Assembly (NCBI GenBank): GCA_013239625.1
Contig: MU054323.1
Location: 5,755,220 to 5,819,219, forward strand
From: Lama guanicoe
Taxonomy: Eukaryota
Direction of reading: 5' to 3'
DNA: 64,000 nt
Below are positions 23,794 to 36,509 of the stretch, in pieces. A program made the position numbers and the translations under genes. Under the pieces are notes generated by a model. It ran no database searches. It saw only the letters and a program-made list of their open reading frames with translations, and was not told where the DNA came from. How positions within the stretch are numbered: the stretch's first letter is position 1; each line of letters opens with the position of its first letter.

Positions 23794-25334
23794 AACCCAT
23801 ACATAGGTACATTCTGGTCCTGTTTCTATAACTCATTCACTGGGTATCTCAGGGCAAGTATCTTAACCTCTCTGCTCACAATAAATCTGTAGATGCCAGA
23901 TAAACACATCCCCTTATTATTTAAGACAAGGCTAAGCATGATCTACTGTGACCTGAGGCGAAAAAAGAGAAAAAAAAAAAACCATCAACAAAACAGGCAC
24001 TTATACCACTGAGACCAATCACTAAATCCTTTGAGGATTCTTGTAAACATTGTTCCAAAGCAGACACATGCGATCAATCTGAGCAAGGAAGAAACAACAG
24101 TCATTTACACAGAGACAGTCAAAATTGGGAAGAGGCTTGGAGAAAAGGAAATAAAAAATCAAGAATTATATTAAGATGAGAAATCTAGAATATGAGAGCT
24201 GGAGCAGAAAAATTTTTTTCAACAGCTTTGTAAACTGAGCAATCATTTTTCTTCCCCATGGCCAACATACTGAAGCTAATGGCAAAAGCATTAATTTATC
24301 ATGAGAGTTTAAAGATCTCTCTTGTCAGTAATGAAATCAACACGTGATAAGGTAGCCAGACCGTTATTGTTTATAGGAAGGTTATTATAATAATTAAGAT
24401 TAATAGCAATTACTTGTTGTGTTTGTGGATTTTTTTTTCCTTGGGAAAGAACTGTAGCCATATTAAATAACTAATTAACACATCCCCATGCCAGGCTACA
24501 AATGCATGGATTCACAGCGCTTCCCATATTCCCCACTGCTCCCTCACCACGTAAATAAATAAACAAGTATGGTATAAAAACTAGCTCACATTTTGAAAGG
24601 CAACTTCAAAATTAAACCAGTCACCAGATTGGTGACAAGGCCTAAAATGGAAACTAAGTCTTTCTCCAAGTCACATGCTGGAGAACCTCACAGAGCCCCC
24701 CGATGGCTGACAAAATGTAGATTCTAGATCTTGCTGCCTTTTGGTGTGTTTCTGTGTAGGTACATAAATAAATATGTATCTTGAGTGTTATATATTTTAT
24801 ATAATAACTCGAATAATTTTATCTTCATACAAAATGGGATTCTGTGCTCTTCAGTCACAGCACCAGAAGAGAACTCTTAAGCCTTAAGTATTCAAGCCTT
24901 AAAGCTATTTTGACTGAACATTTTCCAGAGCAGCATGAAAATGGATAGGAATGTTTCCTCATAGTTGAGTGCCTTTTTTTTCCAGAGGGTGGGTGGGCCT
25001 TGCCATTTACATAGCTTGGGACTGAGGGAAGGAGGAGGGTCAAGGAAATCACTTCTCCTCACCTGGAGAATGCTTCTAGCCTGTCGCTGGACAGAGGCCA
25101 ATCACGTTTGGAAGGAAAGGAAGACTTGATGGAAAGAGGGAGCAGAAGCGCCGTCTCCCTCCCAAAGTCACCTTCCTCCCCACAGCAGCCCCACGGCTGA
25201 ATCAGGATCACAGACCAGAAACACAGACCCTGGCCAAGGGCCGGAACGTGTCTAAAGGACTGGAGGAAACTGGGTGGTGAAGGTTGCTGTGGTCCAGAGG
25301 AGGCTTTGCTCCTCCCACCGGCCATTAAACTCAC

Positions 25335-25435
25335 CTCTAAGGCTCCTCTTTCCTGCTCCCCCTCCTTCACATTCACACAGACACACAGACACACACACAC
25401 ACACACACACAGACACACACACATGCAGTCATCAA
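25335..25435 (-). other. Candidate 101-nt non-coding exon containing a (UG)n tract; alternative donor at 25063
   Basis: Acceptor gtctctgtctgtacttttgcag|TTG and perfect donor GAG|gtgagt. A second donor CAG|gtgagg lies at 25063/25062. Confidence 0.5.
25374..25423. repeat. Interrupted (CA)n microsatellite
   Basis: Read directly from the sequence. Confidence 0.95.
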
Positions 25436-26399
25436 CTGCAAAAGTACAGACAGAGACTTCCATTTCTCCCCGAACCGTCATTTTCAAACTGGTAAATGAC
25501 ATTCATCTCACAATAAATGTGTGTGTTTGTAGTGGAAGAAAGAGAGGAGGAAGGAAAGATGAGAAGAAAATAAAAGGTGTGTATTGGGTCTGCTCGGAGA
25601 GAGGATGTGGGCTCAGTGAAGACGACAAAGACTGAGCTCCTGACCTTCAGGAAGCCCACGTGGATTCTGCTGTAAGGGAGTCAGCTTCTTCCAAAAACAA
25701 CACCTAGCACTTCGCATGTTTGAGCAAGGACCTTGCAAGCGGCTGGTGCAAGGGGCCTGGACCACCCACCACCTGTGCCTTCCCCTGGGATGCCTCACTC
25801 TGGACACACCACCCCGCCCCCAGAAGCTATGGTGTCACCAGAGCAGCAAGCCCTCCCTTTGGCTTCTCTGAGCCCAGCTGAAACCGACTTGAGTCCACAA
25901 GGTCTCTGCTGCACACGACAGAACACAGTGGGGTAAATACAGAAGCAGAGTGCGGGAAACCTCAGGCCCTCAGGGTCACACACCGAGGAATCAGACTCGC
26001 CCTGGCCAACCCCCTCTCAGGTGCAGAAACTCCGAACCATTCAAGCTGACGCACCGAGTGCATAAGCCCCGCCACAGTTCCTTACTTCCCAGCTCAGGGC
26101 CATCTTCCTTCCCACCCTCTTAGCCTTCTTAGTCCTCTCAACCCAAGGCTAAAGTTACCCTCACTCTGTGAGCCACCTAAGGGTCCCATTCACCCTGACG
26201 GTCTTGCCTTACAGAATCATGACGGTTGGGAGACACAACACTTAGGACAAGGCCCACCCCTTCTATTCAGGGTGTGGCCCGGTACCCTGAAGGGCCATAT
26301 TGCCACGGAGCTTAGCCAATGCCCACCCTGGAGAAGTGAGAGGGGCGGGAGAGCAGAGTTCATTCACACGTACCCAGCCCTCAACTGAAACAAAGCAGT

Positions 26400-27460
26400 A
26401 AAAGGCACAGAGATCACATGAAGGAGCAGCTTCTTGGAGGAGCTGACATTTGAAGCTGTTTAGGGCCCAAAAAGGATGTCTACAGGCAGAGCTACAAGGG
26501 AAGGGTGGCGTGTCAGGGAGACAGGAGGCATATGAACACAGAGATGGTGGTAGAAATGCAAGAGATGCTCTCAAGTGTAAGGATCCACAAAGAAAGGGGA
26601 CATTCACAAATGCTGGATGCAACACAGGAGGAGCAAAGATGGGGTATCTTCTAAAACCAGAGTAGGTTTGGCATAAAGTAAAATACTGAGCCCTCCATGG
26701 TGGCTCATGGGTGTGGATCCTGCATCCCTGTCTGTGAGGCTCCACAAGGGGGTGGAGGTAACCGTACAGTTGGGTACCGAGAACTGGTGCTCAGAGCAAA
26801 GTCAGGCAGGAGATGGGGTGCTGCATGTTAATGGCACCTGGATGGTCGCTGTGGCTGTAAGAGTGTGTGAAGTCACTGTGGAGAGTGTGCAGAGTAAGAA
26901 CGCTATTAATCAGAATCCTGGAGAATACTACTTTATAAGGGGAAGTCTGAGCAGATGAAGAAGGACAAGGAGTCTGAGTGACAGAGGAAGGAGGAAAAGC
27001 AGGAGGTGGAAGAGCTTGGAGACTAGGAAGGAGAAATTTCCAGGCAAGAATCACCCAGACATAGCTGGCTGCAGTGGACAGCAGCCATATGCAGACATAG
27101 GTGCCCTGCTCCGTCCATCCTCCAATCTGCTGTGGCATTAATCCTCAGAGAGTGCAATCTGACCATGACCTCTGCCAATTCCAAATGCCCCGAAGACACT
27201 ACCATCTTACACTGGTATTAAGTTTCTTGCAAAACTCTCCACCTGACTCATCTTGTAATTGCTCCCCTAAAGAGACCCTTGATCTAGCTAAATCACTTCC
27301 TCGCCATTTACTTCCCTTGCTTTTTTGTCACCGTTTCTTTATTTATGCTGTTCCACCTGCTGGAATGCCTTTCCTACCTGGACTATCATGCCTGCCAGAG
27401 AAGTTTGTGAACACATTCCCTAAGTCAGTTCTTATGACTCCATCAATATTAGGTCACCCA
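26400..27460. mobile_element. LINE-2 fragments (minus about 26400-27060; plus about 27170-27460)
   Basis: 'gcttcttggaggagctgacatttgaagctg' and 'ttatgctgttccacctgctggaatgcctt'. Confidence 0.55.
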
Positions 27461-29242
27461 GAAACTAACATGTAGGTACATTAAGCCATGCTGCAGACAG
27501 GCAGAGACAGGGGGACCAGTCCGTCCTCTCATCACTGTGGATAGATATTGGCCAGCTGATGGTCAGTAACCACAACGTGCAATTGTACACCCTCGTGGAC
27601 ACACAGAAAGGTGTGGGTGTGAGCTCACGCCCCAAGACCATGGGAATCTGTGTTCCCCAGGGCCTCAGAACAATGGGCCCTCGGCAGCTATTAAAAATCC
27701 TGTTGGCCTCTCTCTGGGTCTTCATTGTCTCTGTAGGTTGAAGGAGGCTATTTGGCATTTGCTATAGCTGGCTCCCCGCTCTTTCATCTACCGCCTGGAG
27801 AAATCGGAGCGCTCCTACAGAGCGCTTGGAGATCTCCCCAGGCGAGGCCCAGTATCCAAAGTAATAAAAAGCAAGTGGACTGTGTTGCTCTCAGCTCTGA
27901 CACAGCTTGGGAATCCTTATCAAACAAACACCAGCGTGGGAGGAGAGGTCACTGTGGATATTCCAGTGCTAACATTCAAACGTTAATAACTTTACCGCGT
28001 AGATTAATTTTAAATGTCAAACCGCGTTGCTGTGTAAAGCCAAGGAGCTTGGGGAAAACCGTACATTTTCAGGCTTCTGGCAGCACCAGCACAGGTCGTG
28101 TTTGATCACTGGTGGGCTGGGCAGGATCACAGGAGAAGAGGGGCAACTGTTTCTTTAACAGTTGCTGCCCTTGCAGTGCAAACATGACGAAGAAATGGCA
28201 TCTGAACGCATCCACCACCCAGTTTCTCAACCAGGAAAATGGCCGAAATGACAGCAATGAGATTTCACACAGAACCACAAGGCTGGGGCAAGGGCCAAGA
28301 CCCCGCCTGGGAGGCCAGGTTCCAAACCCAAATAAATGTGGGTAACTTGGTTAAGAGCCCCCGGAAAATAGCATTTGTGAGGGCAAGAGTGGTGATGCAA
28401 AGATGTTGACCACGCCCCAGGGCAGGAGGAAGAGCTGGGTCAGGGCTGCTGAGGGGGAGGAAAATCAGGGGGCAGCTCCAGGCCAGGAAAAGCTTGAAAG
28501 GAAAAGGGATGCAAGGCAGAGACTGCAGGAGGAGCGTGGAGGAAGGAACAGATGCTGCACACAAAACCCACCCAGGGCTGCCAGAATTGCAATTAAAAAT
28601 TCACATATTTTGGACTGAAATTCTCATATTTTAAGAGAACTTGGGCGAAAATCCTCCTCCCACCAATATTAGCAATGCAAAACTGGCAGTCAAGACAGAC
28701 TCAAATTATCATCCATTTTGCAAAAAGGATGAAAATTGTATAGCACGGAGTCCAAAATTCTTCAGTGAAAACAATCATTAGAGCGCACCTGGCAGCCCTT
28801 GGTCTCACCCCCCAGGCTCCGGGACAGGGACAAAGCGCCCGCGCTCTCCCCCCACAGAGCCCTGGGCTCCAGAGCTGGGACTGCCATAGCAGCCACCAGT
28901 CCCCAGGGGCGCTCAGGGCTCTCGTTCAGTTTGAGAGGCCACCCTTAAATGTGCATGCTGAATTCAAGAGGCACTAATACTACAGCAGGATGAAGTGAAA
29001 GGGCAAACACAGAGCATGCCAGAAATTCCAACACGAGCACCGTCCCAGGCCGGGCACACCTGGATTGGGCTTCTGGTGCTCAAGCCAACAAATGAGGTGG
29101 GAGAGAAGGAAAAGGGGGCCGGGATGGAAAACTGTAGGCTCCCAGAATCCAAAGTCAAGTCAAACCGACAGTGAGCGAGGTCCAGAAGGGGGCTGAGCGC
29201 CTGACAGCTGATAAGTCTCTGGTTAAAATCTTCAAGGTTCTA

Positions 29243-29475
29243 AACTAGTGGTTACCAGTGAGGAGAGGGGAGAGGGGCAATATGGGAGCTGGGGAATACA
29301 AGGTATAAGCTACTGGGTGTAGGATGCATTGTGCAACATGGGGAACATAGCCAGTATTTTGTAATAACTATAAATGGAAAGAGAGCTGTAGAAATTGTAT
29401 TAAATTTTTAAAAAATAAATGTAAAAATAGAATACATAAAACTACCAGAGGAAACAAATAAAATTAAATTAAAAT
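29243..29475 (+). mobile_element. 5'-truncated L1 3' fragment with 18-bp target-site duplication
   Basis: 'actagtggttaccagtg...aacatggggaacatagccagtattttgtaataactataaatgga' plus an A-rich tail. Duplication aaaatcttcaaggttcta (29225-29242) / aacatctttgaggttcta (29476-29493). Confidence 0.9.
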
Positions 29476-30049
29476 AACATCTTTGAGGTTCTACCTCGAA
29501 CCTCGAATATATCTCCCGCCTTCTTCTCCATTCTCACTCTCCTCATTCCAAACTTCTTCTGCACGGCCTCCAGTGATGCTCCACAAACATCCATCTCATT
29601 ATGTCAAGTAGCCACCACTGCAAACAAGATCCATTTCAGCTCCAGTGAGGCTCCCTGGGGGCTGGTCCAAGGTGGCAGCCCCTGCTAGGCAGGCGAGAGC
29701 ACAAAAGGTAGAAAATGAAAGGCAAGAGACACAATGAGGGGCACCAGTCTTACCAAATAGTAAAAATACGTTTATACATGTCCATATTATATTTATTAAA
29801 GAGCTATAAGTACAAATATAATATACATGCAAGTGGATTCTGAATTCCAGCAGCACATTGTAAGGGCTAGCTGGAGTCTCTTAACTACAAGACCCAAGAT
29901 GGGATGGGTCTTTGCGATGTTCATGGACCCGACGCAGAGAGCAGGAGTGGCTGGAATAGCATCAAGATTGGCAGCAAGAGCTACCTCTCCCACCTGTTTA
30001 GCAGGTCTCCTTAGGATGGCTGAAGGTGCAGGAGAGCAGAGGGCTTCAG

Positions 30050-30390
30050 AGGGTAGACTCTAAACTCACACATCTTATGTTGAAACCCAGCCTCTGGTTT
30101 CCCAGAGATCAGAACTTAGGCAAGTCACTTAATGTTTCTGAGCCTCAGTTTCCTCACCTTGGTATAATAATAGTATCTACTTCCTAGGTTTGTTGGGAGA
30201 TTTCAATGAGATGATTCATATAATGCATTTAGCACACTGCCCCATAACTCAATAAATGCTCTTTATTGTTTTTAGAACTAGGAGAGGAAGGAGGAGTAAA
30301 ATTCTACCCAAGGTCACATAGTGAGCTAATGGCAGAGCTAGAACCACACTCTGGCCTCCAGATTCCCCATCCCCGCTCCTTCCCCACACC
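30050..30390. mobile_element. Two MIR fragments (plus about 30050-30265; minus about 30300-30390)
   Basis: 'ttagggcaagtcacttaatgtttctgagcctcagtttcctcac...aatagtatctacttcctagg' and 'cccaaggtcacatag...gcagagctagaac'. Confidence 0.8.
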
Positions 30391-33300
30391 AGGCTCCTTT
30401 CTTTTGCTGCGGAGTCTGCAACAGAAACATTACATCAGGAGCCAGAGATAATCAACTTAATTGGGCCATTAGGACCAGTCTCTTCCCTCTCCATCGAGCC
30501 TTTGGGGGATGTTATGGGCGATCAATATAATAAATAATGTTGCATTGTCTGGGGCACTTCTCAAGGGAGCATCTTGGAAACCAAGAGGAGAAAGAGATTG
30601 AGGTTCTAACAAGAGATTCAGAGAGAAAGCAGGATCTCCGAGTATCTCTGAGCTTCTCCCTTGCCTACCTTGCCTTGTTCTGTGCCAGAAGCAAGGGGAG
30701 GGAGCGGGGATGCCAAAGATGGACAGGTAATCTAGGTGCTTCAGCTTTTGTAGTTCCAGGCTTTTGTTATCCACGGTATATCTCTTAGTCATGTCACCAA
30801 TGCACAGATATGGTTCACAGGTAACACTGGTAAGGCTTCGGTGATCTCGGCCATAAACAAAGGCTTTCTTCTCTCTAAGCACTTTAAATGCCTGAGAAAA
30901 CCTGCCAGAGCCCAGGCACACCTTCAGTGGCAGCCCTCAACCCCAAGGGCATGTACCATCTCACCAATACTCAGAATCATGCAGAAACATCTGGCCTGGA
31001 TAAATGTTTCTCTGGTTCCCTACAATAACTCTGGCTCAAAGGGCACAGTTCAGGCTTACAAAGCTAGTTTAGAGAGAGAAAACTATCCTCTGGGAATCCC
31101 TAGCAAATCGAGGAGCTGACCAATATACCAGAAAAGCAGAAGTAGCCATACATTTCCCTGGATTTCACTGCAAGTCATGGCCATGACCTAAGGGTGTGTA
31201 ATGGAGATTCTGAGAAGCTGGGGTCACAGATCCACAGATAAACCCCAGCAGACATGCAGGTAATACTGGAAGTGGAAATCTTTGACTGTTTGGTGCTAGT
31301 GAAAACATTCAGTGGTGTACACAACAATTGCTACAATGACCACGTCTGCCAAAGGAGGAATACTCTGAAACCCTGAACCGCCATCAATAGCTCACGTGTA
31401 GACATTTACTCAGTGAACACAGAGCTTTCAGGTGTTTGCAAGCCAATAGGCAAAGAAGCCACTGTCCAGTTCTGAAGAAGTCAGATCACAACCTCATGCA
31501 GAGGGGACTCAAGGGATGTCCAGCTGCTCAGCAATGTTAATGACAAAGATTTAGCCCATTAAAGATCTCTGAGCCAGCGCAGAAGCAGGAACAAAGAGTT
31601 TTCTCCAGGTCAAAACTCTGAAATCCAGAGCTGATCGGGTGAGAACAGCCAGAGACACCCAGGAGAAATGAAGAGACTGAACTGAACCAGGGCAGAGATA
31701 ACTGTCTAGGTGAGAAGGAATTACCAAGGAGTGACGGAACCCACTGTGATAGTAGTTGTTGTACTAAGCGTGCTTATATGCCCTGTCTGGCCACCATTTC
31801 TAGATCTTTCTCATTGCATTCTTCTCAGCCCAGCTCTATTAATAACTTCATTGAGACTACTCCTCCACACACTGCTGTTGACAAACGTGTGGTTGGAGTG
31901 AGCCCTGCCATCATTTCAGGACACTGTTCCCAGGCTGAGCAAAGCCAAGGACGGGGCCTCCTTAGAGAAGCCGCTTTAGCACGGTGGCTTTCTGTCTGAG
32001 AGCTCTCCATCACCCACCCACCAGCAGCCTGCTCACACAAGCCTGAGCACACCCGACACCGGAAGTAACCACAGACAGAAGTCCTCCCCCGTGTCTTACC
32101 TCGGCCCCCTGCCCCTCCAGAAAGCGTCTACCGCCCATGACTGCTTGTCTCTGCAATCTCCACGCTGCCATACCTGCTGCGGGAAACGTGACAGCTTCCA
32201 GGAGACTGAATGCAGCCAGGGAGCCAGAAACAAGAGGCGAACTTTAAAGCACGGGGTGTCCTTTGTTATTCCCCGAAACATAAACAGACTCTTCCCTCTG
32301 AAATATCATCCCCCGACAGCATCAGGCAGGGAAGGCTGAGAGCAGTGTGGTTTCCGTGTCTGAGACGGTGCCCTTGCGTGTCAGCATTTGAGGCTTTGTT
32401 CCTGCTGTTCTTCCATGACAGCGGGCCTGTCTGTGCGCACCTGTCCGCACCCCGATCCCTGCCCTGGACAGTGCCTCCTTGCTTTGCATCACTGGGTCGA
32501 GCCTGTGCCTGATCAGAACTGTCCAAGACTGATCATATCTGAGATCTTTCCCCTGACTTCCCAGGTCCAGAGCTACGTCTGTGCATAATTACTGCCTGTT
32601 CCTAGAATTATGATTGTTGGATTGTACCTGTGGTCATTTCTGATTGGTGAATGTTTCCTGCCATTGTGATTACACCTGATATTCAGAATACTTAAGGACT
32701 AGTCCAGCACCACCCAGTCAGAGCAGATGCCCTCCGTGAACAAGCAGTGTGGCTGTATCGAGGCACTTCACCCAGTCCGCACACGAGCTACTGAGCAGTC
32801 TCCATTCGGTAATGTCTTATCACACAAGTGCTTTATTTTTGCCATCACTGCCTTCAACCATGCTCTGTCAAAACCCTTCTCTGTCATTCAATGACATCTT
32901 GAGTGGATCCCACTGCTCTGCAGTGATTCTCAGTTATTGGAAGTCTGGTCCAGCCCATGGGTATTCCTGATTTAAACCCAGAACAGACGGGCTGGTGGGA
33001 CCAGGATATGAGAGAGCACCAGCTTCTCCCTCCCGCCTCCTTTCATCTCCTGTTTGGAAACAGAAGTCAGGAGGGGAGATGGGAAAGACAGCAGGTGTCT
33101 CCTCTTGCATGATTGGTCACCTGTGGTGGTGTGGTGGTGTGGTTGTGTGGTGGTGGGGTCCCTGATTTCACCCTGGCTCCATCTGGTTTCCTTGGTCACT
33201 GGTTGTGGCTGTAATACATGTTGGGTAGATCTGTCTGCAGCTTCCTCGGGTGTGTGACCAGTGTCACCACAGCTCCCTCCATCACTGAGGACAGCTCCAT

Positions 33301-34814
33301 TTGGCCCCATCAGCAGTCCGCACCCAACAGCCCCTCAAAGGGCATCAATGAGTCATAGCAGCAGCCACCTGGGCTGCCTGTGGCTCCTGCACCCCAGTCT
33401 CCATGCTCTTTCCCAGGGAACCACAGGCACCAATGAGGCCTCCTTTCTGGTCCTCAGAAAACCCAAAGGCACAAGCCCCCATTTCATCCCCTTCTTCATA
33501 GGCAGTCTCCCCAGGTCCCTCCTTTGAACCCCCTGATTTCAAAAATCTCCAGTGGACAAGCAGGCATCAGCAACTATGGTCAGGAGGACCCTGAAACTCA
33601 AAGGGTCAGGTTCTCCGAAGATCTCTGCTACTCCCTCCACAGTCCTGACTCCTGATGACCAGGATACCAGTGTTCCCAAATCACCCAATGGAACACTCTC
33701 ACGTGATTTGGGGGAGGGAGCAGGCAGCAGAAGGGAAGCTGTCACCAACTTCCCGTCACAAATTCTGCACCGCTGTCAACCTGAGCAGGGGCCCCTTTCT
33801 CCCTGTGTACCTTCTTTCACGGAAAAGGAAGCTGGAGGCGGAGGGTCAGGTGAGAGTCCTGACTTGGGGGATAGATGTCTGGTCTCCACTGTTGGCAGAT
33901 TCTATCTTTAGCATGCAGGGTACTCAGCCCCTCTTCCTCGGCTGACAATTCAAGAGCAACGAGGAAACTCCACTCCCCATCCAGCTTCCTACCACTGTCT
34001 TTGTCCCTCTGCCTGCGCCCCTTCTGGCAGCGAAGTCTGCTGCCTGCTGCTGGGCCAGGCCCCCTCTGCGATCAAGCACCTGGGATTTGGTCTCAGTCTT
34101 CACGCCACATGTTTGTGACCACGCCCATCCGTCTGTGGGTTGAGGGACTCTCTCTGTGCCTGTAACCGTGGCTCAGGGTCCACCTTGTGGTATCCGTGAC
34201 CAGGTCTCTGTGCCCGAGTCTGCGCCCAGCCTGACTCTGTCTCTGCGGCACTTTCTCAGGTCTGTGGCTCGCCCTCAGAGCCCATGTTTTGTGCTATACA
34301 GGCTATGCTCCCGTCTGGGCTTAAGCAGCTGTGACTTTCAGCTGCTGTCCCTGCCGTGTCGTCTGCCTGTGCCGTGGCAGTGGCCAGCCTCTGAGTGGTT
34401 TTCTAGAGGGGAGGAGCTGGGGTGGAATAGTGTGGGAAGTTGTATATTGGGGTGTCTATGCAGGCCTGACTCCATTTCCGCAGTTTAAGGTTCCAAGGCA
34501 TTTCTCTGTTCTCTGCTACATTTTCAATCTCTATTGCCCCTGCCACCATCTCTCCTACCCACCAACCAAATCAGAACTGGACACACTGGTCAGACACTAA
34601 GATCCAGAGTAAGGACATTGTCCTTTGCGGCACTAGGTTAATTTTCGAAGACCTCCTTGATTACCTGTCACCAACCTGTGGAAAGAGACTCCTGATGAAA
34701 TAAAGGAAGACAGTCAGACCTCCCAAAACTTTTACAAGCCCTCTCGCCGCCTTCCTCTGGAGCGGGGTTTGGTCCCATTGAAACATTGACTTGAAGCCTG
34801 ATTTAGTTTCATAC

Positions 34815-34920
34815 TAACTTCCCTGAGCCACAAACCCTGATGGGGTTGTAGAGAGGATTAGGGAAGATATTGTCCATAAAGCAGGTAGCCCCGTGCCTGA
34901 CACATAGTGCTTGATAAATC
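34815..34920 (+). mobile_element. MIR fragment
   Basis: 'gggttgtagagaggatta...gtgcctgacacatagtgcttgataaat'. Confidence 0.6.
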
Positions 34921-35149
34921 TTAAACCCTGCACTCCACAGAGCTGCCTTTGGGAGAAGCAGGGTTTGGGGGAATCCATCTGCTTTATCCTGATGGATTTC
35001 ATCCTGTTACATAATCTTGGAGAACTCAGGCACTTCTGACACTGTGGATATTTCTACACGTGAACTATCACCATACATCATGGCGTTCAAGTGCCCCACA
35101 ATCTAGCCTATATTCGCTTTTTTTTTTTTCTTTTTGCCTTCCCAGGTTC

Positions 35150-36502
35150 CCATCTTTTCTGGGAAAAAAGTCCAAGGATATAGATTGACAAGCTTTTTCT
35201 AGCACTGAAGAGATTAGGCATATGATTCACAGATCCCTTCAACCACCTGACCCAAAACCAGGAATAGAGGTGGGATTATCTAGGAAAGCTCTGTGAAGGG
35301 CTCTCTTGTTTAATGACGTGATGACATACACAGGAGACTCACAAGGTTTTTGAGAATGTTATATCCTTAGAAACTCTGCCAGATTGCACCAAAAGGGACG
35401 GAGACAAGATGAAATAAAAGAAGACTGTCAGACCTCCCCAAAATTTTACAAGCAGGAAATAGGCTGATAAAGCCACACAGCTGCAAACATGCACTCTCTT
35501 TCAAAAAAAAAGGGAGAATGACTCCAAGGTCAGAGCCACAGTCCAGAGTGTAGAGCTGTGGACTCTGAGGGCTGAGCCTTGAGCCACAAATGATAATTCC
35601 CAGGTCTTAAAACCTAATGGGATTTATCCTGCTGGATTTTGAACTGCTTTGGATCAGTGGCTCCTTTCTTCCTTCCATTTACTCCCTTTTTGGAATGAGA
35701 ATGTCTGTCACTATTACCTCCTTCCTGTCCCACCATTGTACTTTGATATAGTAGATAACTTGTTTTCTAACTTCACAGATTTACAGATTCACAGATGGAG
35801 GAGAATTTTGCCCTGGGATGTATCATATCCAGAGTGTCACCTATACCTGATTTAGATCAGATTTGGCACTTTTGAGTTGATGACACTTAAATGAGATTTG
35901 AGACTTGATGCTATAAAGGGCTGAGTCTTTGGGGCTGTTAGGATGAGGTGAATGTCTTTTGCATGCAGAATGGATGTGAATTTTTAGGATCCAGCAAGCA
36001 GACTACAGCGGGCTGAATAATAACCTCCAAAGATATCAGGCCCTATTCCCTGGAACCTGTGTTATCTTATATAGAAAAATAGTCTTTGTAAATGTGATTA
36101 AGCCAAGGGTCTTGATATGGGGAATTAATCCTGGATTATCCAGATGGGCCCTAAATGCCATCACAAGTGTCCATATGAGAGAGTCAGATGGGGATCTGAC
36201 ACACACAAAGGAAGATGTGATGTGAGGTGGAACAGAGAGAGATTCGAAGATCCTGGCCTTGACAATTAGAGTGATACAGCCACAGTCCAAGGAATGCCGA
36301 CAGCCCCCAGATGCTGGAAGGGGCAAGGAAATGATTCTGCTATACGACCTTTGAAGGGAACAAGGCTTGGCCAACACCTGATTTCAGCCCTGTGATTTGA
36401 TTTTAAACTTCTAGCCACCAGAACTGTGAGAGAATAAATTTCCGTTATTTTAAGTCACCAGGTGTGTAGTAATCTGTTACAGCAGCCATAGGAAACTATA
36501 TA
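35150..36502 (+). mobile_element. MLT1D-like LTR (about 36004-36502) with attached MaLR internal sequence (about 35150-36003)
   Basis: The internal part ends 'tgaattttt...agcagac'. LTR reads 'gggctgaataat...cctggattatccagatgggccctaaatgccatcacaagtgtcc...cagaactgtgagagaataaattt...cagccataggaaactatata'. Confidence 0.9.
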
Positions 36503-36509
36503 CCACCCA

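Noticed and set aside
24641..24650. CArG box CCTAAAATGG
   Set aside because: A few CC(A/T)6GG matches are expected by chance in 64 kb, and there is no supporting context.
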